Positions 1 through 11,457 of a DNA stretch of 64,000 nt are shown here, piece by piece. The stretch covers positions 86,986,001 through 87,050,000 of the forward strand of contig NC_043005.1 in assembly GCF_006345805.1 (NCBI RefSeq). Reading direction: 5' to 3'. Source of the DNA: Octopus sinensis (Eukaryota). The translations under genes and the position numbers were made by a program. The notes beneath the pieces are model-generated. The model saw only the letters and a list, made by a program, of their open reading frames with translations, was not told where the DNA came from and ran no database searches. Position 1 is the first letter of the stretch; each line of letters starts with the position of its first letter.

Positions 1-439
1 CAATATAATGGCAATCAGCCGACTGAAAAGGTTGTTGGTTTCTATCCAATCGTCATTGCTCTGATGTTTCTTTGGCAAAGGCACTCAGCAGTGAATGGAA
101 TATGTCCTGTAGGCTACATATAGGTACCATGAGTAGGCAAAGCGCCCTACTTTCAGGGGAAAAAAATCTATATTGCTGCCAATGCAATGAAAGATTATCT
201 ATGTTGTCATTTTTATCTGCAAGCCGGCAGATTTTCGTATTCAAAAGTTTCAGCCTAGCATTTTAAAGATGAAATTGGCATCATATATATATACATATAC
301 ATACATATATGTGCGTGTGTGTGCACGTGTGTGTGGATGTATGTATGCATGTATGTATATATGTATGTATGTGTGCATGTATGTATAGCCGCTACACACA
401 TTTTTTCTCTCCTTTTTTCTCACCTTGTTTTATCTGTGT

Positions 440-478
440 TCCTTTCTGTAGAAGAGCGAAGGCTCGAAACGTAAAAAA
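440..478 (+). ncRNA. Hammerhead-like motif (non-canonical core) in a pLTR-like repeat
   Basis: cctttCTGTAGAA-GAGC gaag GCTC-GAAAC-GTA-aaa: stem II and GAAAC/GUA are present but the core is altered. The surrounding 400-570 is homologous to 57060-57230. Confidence 0.45.
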
Positions 479-563
479 CTTTTTCTGTTCCTGAGCGTTA
501 AACTAATACATCTTTTTGTTTGGTACACTCCCTGTCTTCGTCTTTTGTTTTTTTCGTAAACTC

Positions 564-635
<72 letters not shown>

Positions 636-652
636 ATATATATTTATTATTC

Positions 653-751
653 ATCACGACAATTGTTTCGACACATCGATCCCTCACAGGCAGGAGACTC
701 AATAACTGGTTCTGGAGCATCCGGTGGTGCAGTTGTGCCTCATCAGGTGAT
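653..751 (-). ncRNA. Type I hammerhead ribozyme with 58-nt loop II
   Basis: Minus strand reads AUCAC-CUGAUGA-GGCACA-(58 nt)-UGUGUC-GAAAC-AAUU-GUC/GUGAU. Canonical core, 5-bp stem I, 6-bp stem II, palindromic minimal stem III. Confidence 0.8.
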
Positions 752-919
752 AGATAGGCACAACTCATTAGAATAACAGTTCTGCAATGTAACTTTTCGT
801 TGTGTGGAAAGAACAGCCAAACGGAGAACATATCTTCTTTTACATCGAACATCAAAGATGAAATCATAGATAGACAAAAGAGAAACGAACACGCAATACA
901 GCGAAAAAATTATCAAATC

Positions 920-954
<35 letters not shown>

Positions 955-972
955 CACACACATAAACACACA

Positions 973-1017
<45 letters not shown>

Positions 1018-1059
1018 AATGAAGGAACCGGGAATTGTTGTTTACGAGAAGCTTAATTC

Positions 1060-1165
1060 ATCACAACAATTGTTTCAATCCATCATACATCAATCCCCTG
1101 CGGACGGAATACTGTACACCTGGTTGTGTTGCATCTTCCGGTGCATAAGACATCTTATCGGGTGT
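1060..1165 (-). ncRNA. Degenerate copy of the long-loop-II hammerhead
   Basis: CAC-CCGAUAA...GAAAC-AAUU-GUU/GUGAUG; loop sequence homologous to 653-751; core mutated. Confidence 0.55.
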
Positions 1166-1260
1166 CTTGTTTCAGAGAAGTAACCTGGTTAAATAGATTC
1201 GGTTTCGCTTGGCATGTATTTGTTACCAGAAGGTTGTTGGCTATAATGATATGAATAAAA

Positions 1261-1366
1261 CACCTCATGACATGCATTCTACACCAGAGGGTGCAACACA
1301 GCCAGATGCACAGTATGTCATCCAACAGGGAGCGATTCAGGATGAGACGAAACGATTGTTGTGATG
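1261..1366 (+). ncRNA. Degenerate copy of the long-loop-II hammerhead (inverted)
   Basis: CAC-CUCAUGA...GAAAC-GAUU-GUU/GUGAUG; loop homologous (acaccagagggtgcaacacagccag). Confidence 0.55.
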
Positions 1367-1823
1367 AATAAAGAGTGTCGTGAAGTCCATTTTCCGTTTC
1401 CTTCATTCATTATATCAAAACTGTGGATGACATCCGGTAACCTAAACAGCGAAAGTGTTTTAATCGCAGACTACAGACCGTATACACAAAAATCCAAACA
1501 ATTTCTTATATATATGGTGGTTCTCTACTCCTTATGCAGAGTTTGACCATCTCTCGTACTTACACCTTAGAACCGTTATGGTATCAGATGTGGCTTTTGA
1601 AAAGTCACACACATAGATTGCATATCTGATTTGGACAACCAAGAACTGCAGTTAGGTTTTGATCTTTGTGGATCTTAAAATGTATTTAGGGGGAAAAGGA
1701 CAACACAACCAAGGCAGGGCGAGTATCTCAAGTCATTTAGAATATCTATTTAGAGTAATGCCAAATTGAAGTTATATAACTAATTAGTTAATTAATTAAT
1801 AAATTAATTAATTACTTATTGTA

Positions 1824-1899
1824 TTCTTATAGCTGTTTCTGAGATATTCGAAGCGATAAGTTATCATCCCCATACAATTGTTATTCCGTCATCAGAGAA
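1824..1899 (-). ncRNA. Degenerate type I hammerhead (PLE pLTR remnant)
   Basis: UUCU-CUGAUGA-...-GAAAC-AGCU-AUA/AGAA; stem I intact, G16.2 changed to A, stem II imperfect. Confidence 0.55.
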
Positions 1900-2169
1900 A
1901 AGGTGAGTATAGAGGAAAGTTCTAGACAGAGATTTCACGGTGTATAAAAGAATAAACTAGAAGATAGAAGAATAAAGAGAAATACAGTAGATAGAAGAAT
2001 ATAGGTAAGAGAATAGAGTTCCCAGGTGATCTTCTTCCTGGGGGCATGGAGATTAGACCATACTTCCATGTAGGTTTAGCTCCTTAGCTATAATCCCACA
2101 TAAATCTAGGCAGTATTTTGAATGTTGCGTCCATATTGAAGGAATAGAGTAAGTCACTTAGATATACAG

Positions 2170-2186
2170 ATACACAGATAGATAGT

Positions 2187-2262
<76 letters not shown>

Positions 2263-2283
2263 CAGACATATAGATAGATAGAT
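2170..2283. repeat. (AGAT)n microsatellite
   Basis: Direct observation; abuts the 3' end of the Tx1-like LINE. Confidence 0.95.
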
Positions 2284-2284
2284 G

Positions 2285-5030
2285 AGTTTCTTTATTGGCC
2301 ACACAGGGCAGCACACAGATGGGACAAGTTACAAGGTAGAGCTTTTCTTTTGGGGGATGAAAAAAACGAAAAACAAAAGAAACAAAAAAAAAGGGGTGGT
2401 GTAGGTTTCCGATCAAGAGGGATCGTAAAAGGGAAGAAAAGAACAAAAAAATAAATAAATAAAATAAAGAATTTAAAAAATAAAAATAAAAAAAGAAGAA
2501 AAGGAAAGGGAACAAAAGAAAAGAGAAATGAAAAAAGAAGAAAAAAGGGGAAAAAAGGGGAAGATGAAAAAAACGATCAATAGGGATCGTGTATCAGTGT
2601 TATGACATATGGTGTAAAGGGGAAAGCAAGTAAGGCTTATCCGTGGGAAGAAAAGCCTACGAAAAAGACCACGGTAACCTTGGTCAATATTGTAATATGT
2701 TACCACATTTGTTTGCAAGTGGGTAACCCTCTGTTTTCAATTTCTGGGTTCATAGGATTACGCTCAAGGTGGCTTCGTCATTCATACGTGCCATCCTTGC
2801 TACATTCACCCATCTTTTTTTAAAACATTCGCTAGACAAAACTTGCCTCTCTACTCTCACTTTCCTTTTCAAATGATACTTGAAGAAGTTGATGAGAGAT
2901 TAACCAGAGAGGAAATTGTTTGTCTCCATTCCTTTCAGACGCGTCCACCAGATACATTCTTTCGCTATAGCCACAAGGATGATGAAAATAGCTCTTCCTT
3001 CCCGTTTGAAGGAAGGAGGCGTGACAATATTGACGATAGACTGAGCTGATAAACCGACTCGTCCCACACGTGACAGCAGTTGTTCGACATAAGCCCACAG
3101 GTCGGAAATTGTTGGACACTGCACGAGTGCGTGCAGAACGGTTTCGTCGCTCTGACCGCATCTCGGGCAGGTCGGCCCCGTGTTTCTCGAGCCGTGTCTG
3201 TAGAGCTTATCCCGAACGGGTAGCGCTTCTCGGTAGCACTGCCAGGCCAGGGATCTCTGGAAGTTGTCCATGGGCCCTGGCCCGAAAGTCGTCCCGAATA
3301 GGCGGGTCAGGTACTCCTCGACGTCCAGGTTCGCCCCGAGCTCGTCGTCGTACCTCCCCTCCACTAATCCCCTATAGAATGCTTTGGTTGTGATGAAGTC
3401 ACACAAGGTCGACCCAGGACGGCAGAGTTGCTTGAGAGCAACGCGACACTCGCGGTGCCATCCGCCCTTCCTCGGCCTCTTTTTGATCCACGACTGCAGT
3501 TCGATCATGGAGACGAGCTGCGGGATAGCGTGCCTCACAAACGGCGACCACACCTGTTCACCGTCGTCTACGAAGAGCCTGAGATGTCGCAGTCTCAGCG
3601 CGTGTCTGCGCATCATCAACCACGGCAGGCCCAGTCCTCCTTTTAACGGGTGTTGACAGCAAATGGATCGCCTGACCGTCGGGAAGCATCCTTTCCACAA
3701 GAAACGAAAGAGAATGCGTTGTAGTTTGCTGATGGTAGGGTCGGGACAAGGCACGACGGTCAGGCGATAGTAGATGACGGACGCGATGTACGTGTTCGCC
3801 ACCTCCGCCCGATCTTTTAGGAACAGTTTCCTCTCGGCCCATTGCCGGGTGAGAGTGACCACCCTACTCGTTATCTCGTTCCAGTTCTTCTCCACTTGGA
3901 GGTCCGGACCAAACCAGACCCCGAACAACTCAACCGGACCGTCGGTCCAGCGTCCCACGACGGAGGCGCTGGTGGACGGCATGGGATTGCTTCTTCAGGT
4001 GCCTAGTCGCAAGCCCACTGACTATTCCTGGTTGATTTTCGCTCCTGTCACCGCTTCGTAGTTTTTCAGGGTCTCGCCGACCTGCTCGATGTGCTCGTGG
4101 CTAGACACTATGACGGGGATGTCGTCCGCGTATGCAGACATGCTCGTCCCGCATCCCAGTTCTCGCGGGATGCCCCTCAAAGTTGCCAGCTTCCGCAATA
4201 GTGTCTCGAGAGTCAATACGTATAGAAGCGACGAGAGGGGGCATCCCTGATGGACCGAACGTGCGATGTCGAAGGGTCTCGATAGATGTCCATTTACGCG
4301 AATTAGCGAACGGATGCCTCTGTACAAAGCGGCAATCCAGCCGTGGAAGACGGGACCAAAGCCAGCCGCTCTGAGGACTGCCTCCAAGTATCGATGGTCT
4401 ACTCTATCGAAAGCTTTCGATTGATCCAAATTGATCAGCGCCCCACCCATACCAGGTTCGTTAACTACCCTGTCTATGATGTAGCGCATCAGGTGGAGGT
4501 TGTCATGGATGGTCCGGCCCGGCACGTCGCACGTTTGCGCCTTGTCGACCAGTTTCTCGATGACAAGCGCCAACCTCTTGGCTAACACCTTGGCCAAAAT
4601 TTTCAAGTCTGAATTAAGCAGAGTGATGGGCCTAAAGTTATCTATTACATTTCCCTTGTTTAGATCTTTCTTCAGCAGTGTTACGGCTCCTCGGCTCACA
4701 AAACCAGGAATGCTCCCGTTTTGCTGCCAGTTGCAATACACCGCTGCCAAGACGTCTCCAAACAAGTCTGGCATACAACTGTAAAGCTCGTAGGGTAGAC
4801 CATCCAAACCCGGCGATTTGTCCCTCGAGCATTCTGCCATCGCGTCCTGCACTTCCGCCACTGTGATGGCACCTTCGCAGCACCCTGCCTCTCTTGTCGA
4901 GAGTAGTGGTAGGCTGTGTAGGTAGGCACTGAAGTCCACCCTACGTTCTTGTCCGCCACTCGTCCCGAACAGTCGTGCAAAATGCTGTTAAAAGGCCTCA
5001 CACATTTTACTTGGCGCGAACGGTGTCTGT
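2285..5030 (-). mobile_element. 5'-truncated L1/Tx1-clade LINE
   Basis: RT motifs FRPITLLN, NLDQSKAFDRVDH, QGCPLS, YADD; C-terminal CCHC (CPRC..ETVLHALVQC); pyrimidine-rich 3' UTR ending AATAAA-GAAACTC. Confidence 0.93.
2750..5030 (-). pseudogene. Tx1/L1 ORF2 (RT plus zinc knuckle), one frame with 4 nonsense stops
   Basis: ORFs 4022-4939 and 2900-3982 are in the same frame; homology continues past the stops to TGA at 2750-2752. Confidence 0.88.
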
Positions 5031-6168
5031 AAGTGCCAACCTGTTTCAAAGTACATACAGTCTAACCGTGCTTCTTGAGTAGGTCACTGCCAACCCACAG
5101 TATATTATTCAATTCGTTTTGAGCTATTTTATGACATATTAATTGTCATTGCCAAGTTTTATCAGATGCTGTCTGTGAAATATTAAACGACACAAAGCGT
5201 CGCCTACGCTGATCTTACAGTGCTTTTGTTTTCTTGTGAGACTCTATGTAGATTACAGTTCCTGTAAAAGTTGCAGTTATTATTAGTTCATTCGGGTTTT
5301 CATGACTTTCGGGTGATCTCCTCCGTAATGAAGTCTAGTATACTAAATACTAGCATAAGTAAAAGTACTACAAACACTACTGCAATATTGGACGTTAGTT
5401 TGTTGTAAGAGGGAAGCACTGGATACTTTACCTGATTTGTCTGGTTTTATATTTGTTTACGCGGTTTTTGTTAACAACCCCATTGTGCAGATTATTTTCG
5501 TTAGTCCCTAGGCACGTGAGGCAGTTGAATAGGGAAAAGAGAAAGAAGGAAGCCACTGACGTAAAGGTCATCGATTTGATAAAACAGTTTTTCTGGTTCG
5601 ATTATTTAATACGGACGTTTCTTTTATCAGTTATCCATCAATATACCCGCCCAGAAAACTGTGAGTATTCCAGTTATTTTTCAAGATTTTAGGTAATTCG
5701 AGTAAAAATATTTACATCAGCCACTAAGAAACCGTGGAATACATTAGTGTCTTTTGTTGTTAATGAATTTTCTATGTTCTAAGTGCAGGTCTCTTTAAAA
5801 ACACTCCTAAATAATGAGTTCGTTTCACTCACCAGGAGGATAAAACCTTGAACGTATCTGCATAGGTATGTCTATTTTAGATGGATTTTACTGCATTTCA
5901 CAAACTGAAGGCACATAACTGCTACACCAAAGGAGATTAGGGCTCTTATCCAGCAGAAAATTGTGTGGGATTGGAATTAATTAAGAATAATATTGTTATA
6001 AACAAAGCTTGAAGATGTATAATTCTCCTTTCTCCTCAATGATATACATATATATATATATATTAATAAATTTCAGGGTAGTAAAATATTATTTAGAAAT
6101 TTCTCACCACTATTGCCTACCGTGTAGAAATAACTAGTCAATAGACTATATATTATTCATTATATATA

Positions 6169-6754
6169 TAGAGTGTACAGTTAAACACATAAGAGATGGC
6201 CATAATCGGATATCTAAACCGCTAGAAGGAGTAGTTAAAATCCAAAATAAACAATTAAGGGTAATTTTGAAAAGGAATGGAAAGTAAAAACATTTACCAT
6301 CTATTTCCTGGATCATGGTTTCAAGCTATCTTCAGCAAATAAAGTAATTTGCTAGGCAAAGCTCTCATCAGCAGGAAAGCCAAAGCTTAACACATAAGCC
6401 TGTGGCAATACAGAATATGCCTCGTGCTTACATGTTATAATTTTTCAAATCCACCACGCAAGCGCAGTTTATTATCGGCAGCAAATAGAAATAATGCCGA
6501 TTTTCTTTCAAAATTAGCCAAAACATTATTATTTATAAATTTCAGGGTAGTAAAATATTATTTAGAAATTTTTTGCCAACGTGGCCTAGCGTGTAGAAGA
6601 TAGCTTGTAACCATGGTCCAGGAAATAGATGGTGAATGTTTTTATTTTTCATTCCCTTTCGAAATTACACCTAATTGTAGTTTTGATTTTAACTACTCCT
6701 TCTAGCGGGTTAGATGTCCGATTATGGGCCCATCTCTTATGTGTCTAAATGTAC

Positions 6755-6758
<4 letters not shown>
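6169..6758. mobile_element. MITE with ~165-bp terminal inverted repeats, TA flanks
   Basis: 6170-6333 is the diverged reverse complement of 6596-6758 (acacataagagatgg...gctatcttc). Confidence 0.75.
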
Positions 6759-6798
<40 letters not shown>

Positions 6799-6854
6799 AC
6801 ATATGTTATATATACTGAAACACACACACACACACCCGCGCACACATAAATATG

Positions 6855-6904
<50 letters not shown>

Positions 6905-6940
6905 ATATATATATATTAAAGCAAAAATTTTAATTCTGTT

Positions 6941-7007
6941 CATAGAGTTACCAAAGGTTTCGTATCCACGAAAGCCACAGCCTTGTGGACAACTCGTCAG
7001 ACTTATA
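6941..7007 (-). ncRNA. Type I hammerhead ribozyme (PLE pLTR)
   Basis: UAUAAGU-CUGACGA-GUUGUCCAC..GUGGAUAC-GAAAC-CUUUG-GUA/ACUCUAUG; canonical core. Confidence 0.8.
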
Positions 7008-7700
7008 CAAAGACAAAAAAAAATTAAACTTTCTACAACTCGGACGTGAAGAAACATTAAGATATGGAGATTTAACGGCTAGCATATAAAGAGGTTAATG
7101 AGGAGGAATTATTTTCCCTGGACCATAGGATACAAAAACTCTAACAGACCCGAAATAGCCTAACCAACAAACGGGAAATCCAGTTTTCCAATAGATAGCG
7201 CTTGAAATGGACACAGCTTAGAGAAAACTTCTTTACAACTATTCAACGCACCAGGTTCAGCATAGTCCTTAAAAATATTGGTTTTCTCGGCGAAGCAAAT
7301 TTTGCAATAACCACTCCCATTTCTATATGGGCGAGGATGATCAATTATCTTCGGCCGAATATCAGATGGGGCCCGTTTTTTCTTTGATGCACCATACATT
7401 GACTGGCCAGGGAGTAACAAAACGTCTTTCTGGGACTCTGAAATATGATTGGTGGTTGCGGAAGTGACGTTTGAAAGATGTACTGGGCTATCCGGTACAT
7501 GTAGAAACTTGGGATGTGGCTATATTTGCACTCTTTGTATATCTCTGGCAGGCTCCGGTCCTGGAGATTATGTTGGTAACACCACTGCTGACGTTGTTGA
7601 TATGGCACAATGATATAGCGGGGTTATCGCCATGGTTATCGTTTCTTGCCACATGGATAGCGTTGTAGCTGCCGTGATAGTGTGAGAGCTGCTGGAGGTA
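6941..7700 (-). mobile_element. 3' part of a Penelope-like element (Hydra-clade-like GIY-YIG tail plus pLTR)
   Basis: Frameshifted STSFKRHFRNHQSYF and RPYRNGSGYCKICFAEK...LNS..E.FSK.C motifs, followed by an HHR. Confidence 0.8.
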
Positions 7701-8029
7701 ACATATGGTGTGGGGCCGGTCATCCCTTTGGTGTTGATGATAATTGTGTGGTCATTGTCTGTGGTAGTGGTGCTGAGGACGTCGGATACGGCTTGTATCG
7801 CTGGTCATGGATTGGTCACCATCTCTAGGTGTGGCGATTGTACTGGTGGAAACATATGGTGCGGGCGTGGTCACTCTATCGGTGTCAGGATAATGGTTTG
7901 TTCAATTTCTGTGGCAGTAGGACTGGGGTCATCGGTTACCTCCTCTGTCTTGCTGATCCCGGACTGGTCATCATATCTGGTTGTGGAGATCGTAGTGTCG
8001 TGAGACCTGGTTAATCTACTATTATTGCT

Positions 8030-8511
8030 GTTTGATGGGAAGATTGCTGGTAACGCAGATAGCAGGTTTAGGTGTCACCATAGCTTCATCGATGAATCCT
8101 TCGGCCTCCACTGAACAGTTATTGCATTGTTCTCAGTTTACCACTCAAAACACTGAAATGTTCATATTGGAGCTTCTGCTGCAAATGCCAAGCGATACGG
8201 CATGTTGTTTCCCAATTTCTTGTAGAGTGAATTGTCATAAAGAATTTTTCTCTAAATGTTTCCATGTCAAGCGCTGCCTACTGGAACATGGGATCTCCCC
8301 GTTTACTGGTTAGGCTATTTCGGGTCTGTTAAGGTATATGTTATCCTCTTGTGCAGGGGAGATAACCCGTCCTCATTAAAATTTTTATACGTTAGCCGTT
8401 AAACCTCGGTATCAGAGCGTTTCCTCACGTCCGCGTAGTAGAAGGTTTAATTTGATGAGCTGTCCACAAGCGTGATGCTTTCGTAGATACGAAATCATTG
8501 GTAACTCTATG
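8030..8511 (+). mobile_element. Inverted second PLE 3' end with degenerate HHR (8446-8511)
   Basis: TEMFILE...NCHKEFFSKCFHVKRCLL; 8290-8511 is the diverged reverse complement of 6941-7180; core UUGAUGA/GAAAU. Confidence 0.75.
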
Positions 8512-8576
8512 ACTAGTATTTAACTTTTTGTTTTAATAATTACTACTCTGTTATTTACAGTATGAGTTGCTTCTGT

Positions 8577-8613
<37 letters not shown>

Positions 8614-9340
8614 TTAAATATGTTCAGTATATTATTAAACTATATATATATTGAAAGAGTGCCTTTTGTTTATCCTACCTATACTACCTATAATGAACAA
8701 TTTAGAGTGTATATACTGTATATATTTGTGCTTGTGCGCGCGTGTTTGTGTCCGTGTGGGTGTATGTATACATATGTGTGTATATATCCATATATGTATA
8801 TATATAATATATATATATAATATTATATATATATATATTTATATATGTATATACATACATGTAGATATATATATGAACACGTATGTACGTAGATGTATTA
8901 TCATATGTGTCTGTGTGTAATCGTGTCTTTTGCATGTGCGTGTGTTTGCAATGATTTCTAATCTTGATGTTATTGTCGAATAACATTCAGAAGGTATATG
9001 TCACCTTGTCAGTTTTTGTAAGAAATAAACATTAAAAATACATTAAGAAAAAAAAAACATTAGTCTCAGGACAAGTCACGTTTCTGTCTGGTCTTGAACC
9101 ACTAGGTCTCCTCCCTCGTGCAATGCTTTACTTTGTACTTTTGTCTGATATGTGAACTGCTTAGTATCAGTCTTTGTTCTCTATTTCTTTTCCAAGCAAT
9201 ACAAGGAATATAATGTTTTGTTAGTGTTGTCGTTCAGATCCCACCGACCAGACTTATGATTTAACACATTGCATCTGCAACCATACTCATTTGAGAAATG
9301 ATCTCAAAACATATTTGTACATTAGTGTTCCACATATTAA

Positions 9341-9563
9341 CCCATTAAGTCCCACTGTCCTATAAATAATACACTAAATGTGAACATTAAATAAGCTATA
9401 TCACATCGTCTCAGTGTTCTAGTTATAGGACACCGAGTATTTCCATTTCTACTTGAAGTAAAGGAGTTTTAATAGTTATTTTTTCAATTTTAACCTGTTT
9501 TCAATCATCTGTAAAAATTTTAAAGTAACATTCAGAAATTTAAGTACTCGGAGACTTAATGGA
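9341..9563. mobile_element. piggyBac-type MITE
   Basis: TTAA-CCCATTAAGTCCC ... GAGACTTAATGGA-TTAA (TTAA TSD, 13-bp TIR with 2 mismatches). Confidence 0.7.
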
Positions 9564-9949
9564 TTAAGGACTTTGCGCCATGCCATTTGAAGGCGATTGT
9601 GCTGCTAAGTCAAGAAGGTGGCTCAAGGGATTAGGTGATACTTCGCATTATAGGATTACGTATGGTGTGTTTATGTATGACTGTGTTTGCATTTGCTCTT
9701 GATATTGACATTATTATGAAATCGTGGACATTTGTGTATGTCACATAGCAATTTTTTTTATTTTAGTTTGTTTAATCTGAGGCCAACACCTTTTCGATAA
9801 ACTCATTGTCGAAGTCGTTCCCAAAATGTGCATTGCGTCTTTTAAAGGCCTTTTAAAGGTTATAATTTGTAATGTGTTCCTTCTATTAAGTACTGTTGAT
9901 GGGTGTACATGCAAGAGGTGTATACGTATGGTGATATATCTCAAAGTAA

Positions 9950-10179
9950 AGGTGGCGAGCTGGCAGAAACGTTAGCACGTCGGGCGAAATGCTTAGTGAT
10001 ATTTTGTCTGCCGCTACGTTCTGAGTTCAAACTCCGCGGAGTTCGACTTTGCCTTTCATCCTTTCGGGGTCGATAAGTAAAGTACCAGTTACGCACTGGG
10101 GTCGATGTAATCGACTTAATCCACTTGTCTGTCGTTGTTTGCCCCCTCTGTGTGTAGCCCCTTGTGGGTAATAAAGAAA
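9950..10179 (+). mobile_element. Full-length tRNA-derived SINE with 13-bp TSD
   Basis: A box TGGCAGAAACGTTAG, B box GAGTTCAAACTCC, 3' AATAAAGAAA; GATATATCTCAAA at 9933-9945 and 10182-10194. Confidence 0.88.
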
Positions 10180-10808
10180 CAGATATATCTCAAAATGATT
10201 TAAGTGTGTCTAGGTGTGCAGAGGTGTGTAAGTGTAGAGGTGTTGTGGGTGGGGCTATAGCAGGTGCAGGTTGTTTGTGTGTAGGTGTAATTGAATTATC
10301 TATCTGTAAGATGGCAGAATTTACGAGTTTAATGTAAAGAGAAGACAAAAGGAATGTAGCAGGTGTGCTTGAATTGTGTGCTAGAGGATTATTTTGAAAT
10401 AGGTTTCAGACAATAATGTGGGAGAACAAAATAATAAATATGCAGAAAGAAAATTTACAATACAACACTAGTGCAAAAATGACATTTTTTGTGGTCGTTA
10501 TATTAGACGAGATTGATGTGTCACTTGATGAGTCGGTGGATGCTTTAGTTGTTTGCTCTTTTGAGAAAGCAAAACAACTGCACGGATACCCACACATTGG
10601 CGCTTATTCTCTTTCATATGTTGCTAAATCTTCTGTTATTGCCTAGCTCCCATTCGCTGTGAGGCCAGCGATTCAAGGCAGCAATATACAAGAAACCCGC
10701 AATTATAGATATTTTTTCCATACAATTGCTTAAGCAATAAGCCACAATTTTTTTAATTTACTAAATCGTATGACAACGAGCATGTGTGTGTGTATGTGTG
10801 TGTGTATA

Positions 10809-11388
10809 CGCAGGCATGCACGAAGTAAATAAACACCTTTAATTTTCAAAATTTGTGATCTAAGCATCTTAATATGTTTTTAGTGGTGTAGAATTTACAG
10901 TGTAATTACTCTTTTTCACTCCATTTGCCATATTACACTTTTGCGAAGGGTAACCATGCCACGCAAAAAAAAAAAAAAATCAGCAGAACCGTCAGATTTT
11001 CAAAGAGATCGTATTGTTAGGTAATGTGAGGCTCGTCTTAGCCAGCGAAAAAATTTCGAAAATTTTCAAATTCCACTTGCTGCTGTTAATAGAATTATAG
11101 TGCAATTCAAAAGGCAAGGAAAACAATCAACAGATTTTCATCCTGGCTAGCCTGGGTTCTGGGAAGAGAAGCTTCGCTGTTTGAAGAGATTTGTGGAAAA
11201 CAAACCCCGTTCAAAGGCTTCTGATATTGCAAAAGAGCTAGAAGTTAGTCCAAGAACCTGTGTTACATATCTGCATAAGCTTGGGTATTATGGATGAGCA
11301 GCTAAAAGAAAACCTCTCCTTCAACCGAATAATATCAAATAAATGATTTTGAAAATTAAAGGTGTCTATTACACCCTGCATGTCTGTA
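10809..11388 (+). mobile_element. Internally deleted Tc1-like transposon
   Basis: ~45-bp TIRs (..acacctttaattttcaaaat), TA flanks; MPRKKKSAEPSDFQRDRIV...LGYYG*AAKRKPLL paired-HTH remnant; DDE domain missing. Confidence 0.85.
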
Positions 11389-11394
11389 TATATA

Positions 11395-11426
11395 TATTTA
11401 TGTATGTATGTATGTATGTATGTATG

Positions 11427-11457
<31 letters not shown>

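Noticed and set aside
1560-1680. Candidate minus-strand exon (acceptor-like site plus GTAAGT donor)
   Set aside because: All three frames contain stops.
3990-4025. Stop-codon readthrough or selenocysteine in Tx1 ORF2
   Set aside because: Mixed TAG, TGA and TAA stops at conserved Lys, Trp and Gln positions are ordinary nonsense mutations.
5815-5850. CUGGUGA-GU-GAAAC hammerhead-like string (minus strand)
   Set aside because: No stem II and no stem I pairing. Similar weak hits near 28520, 31560, 33190, 37930 and 39420 were not called.
9950-10040. tRNA gene
   Set aside because: A and B boxes are present but there is no cloverleaf; followed by a SINE body and TSD.
10416-10646. ORF with SLDESVD, faintly like the hAT transposase LDESTD motif
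   Set aside because: One short motif with no other hAT blocks or TIRs; insufficient support.
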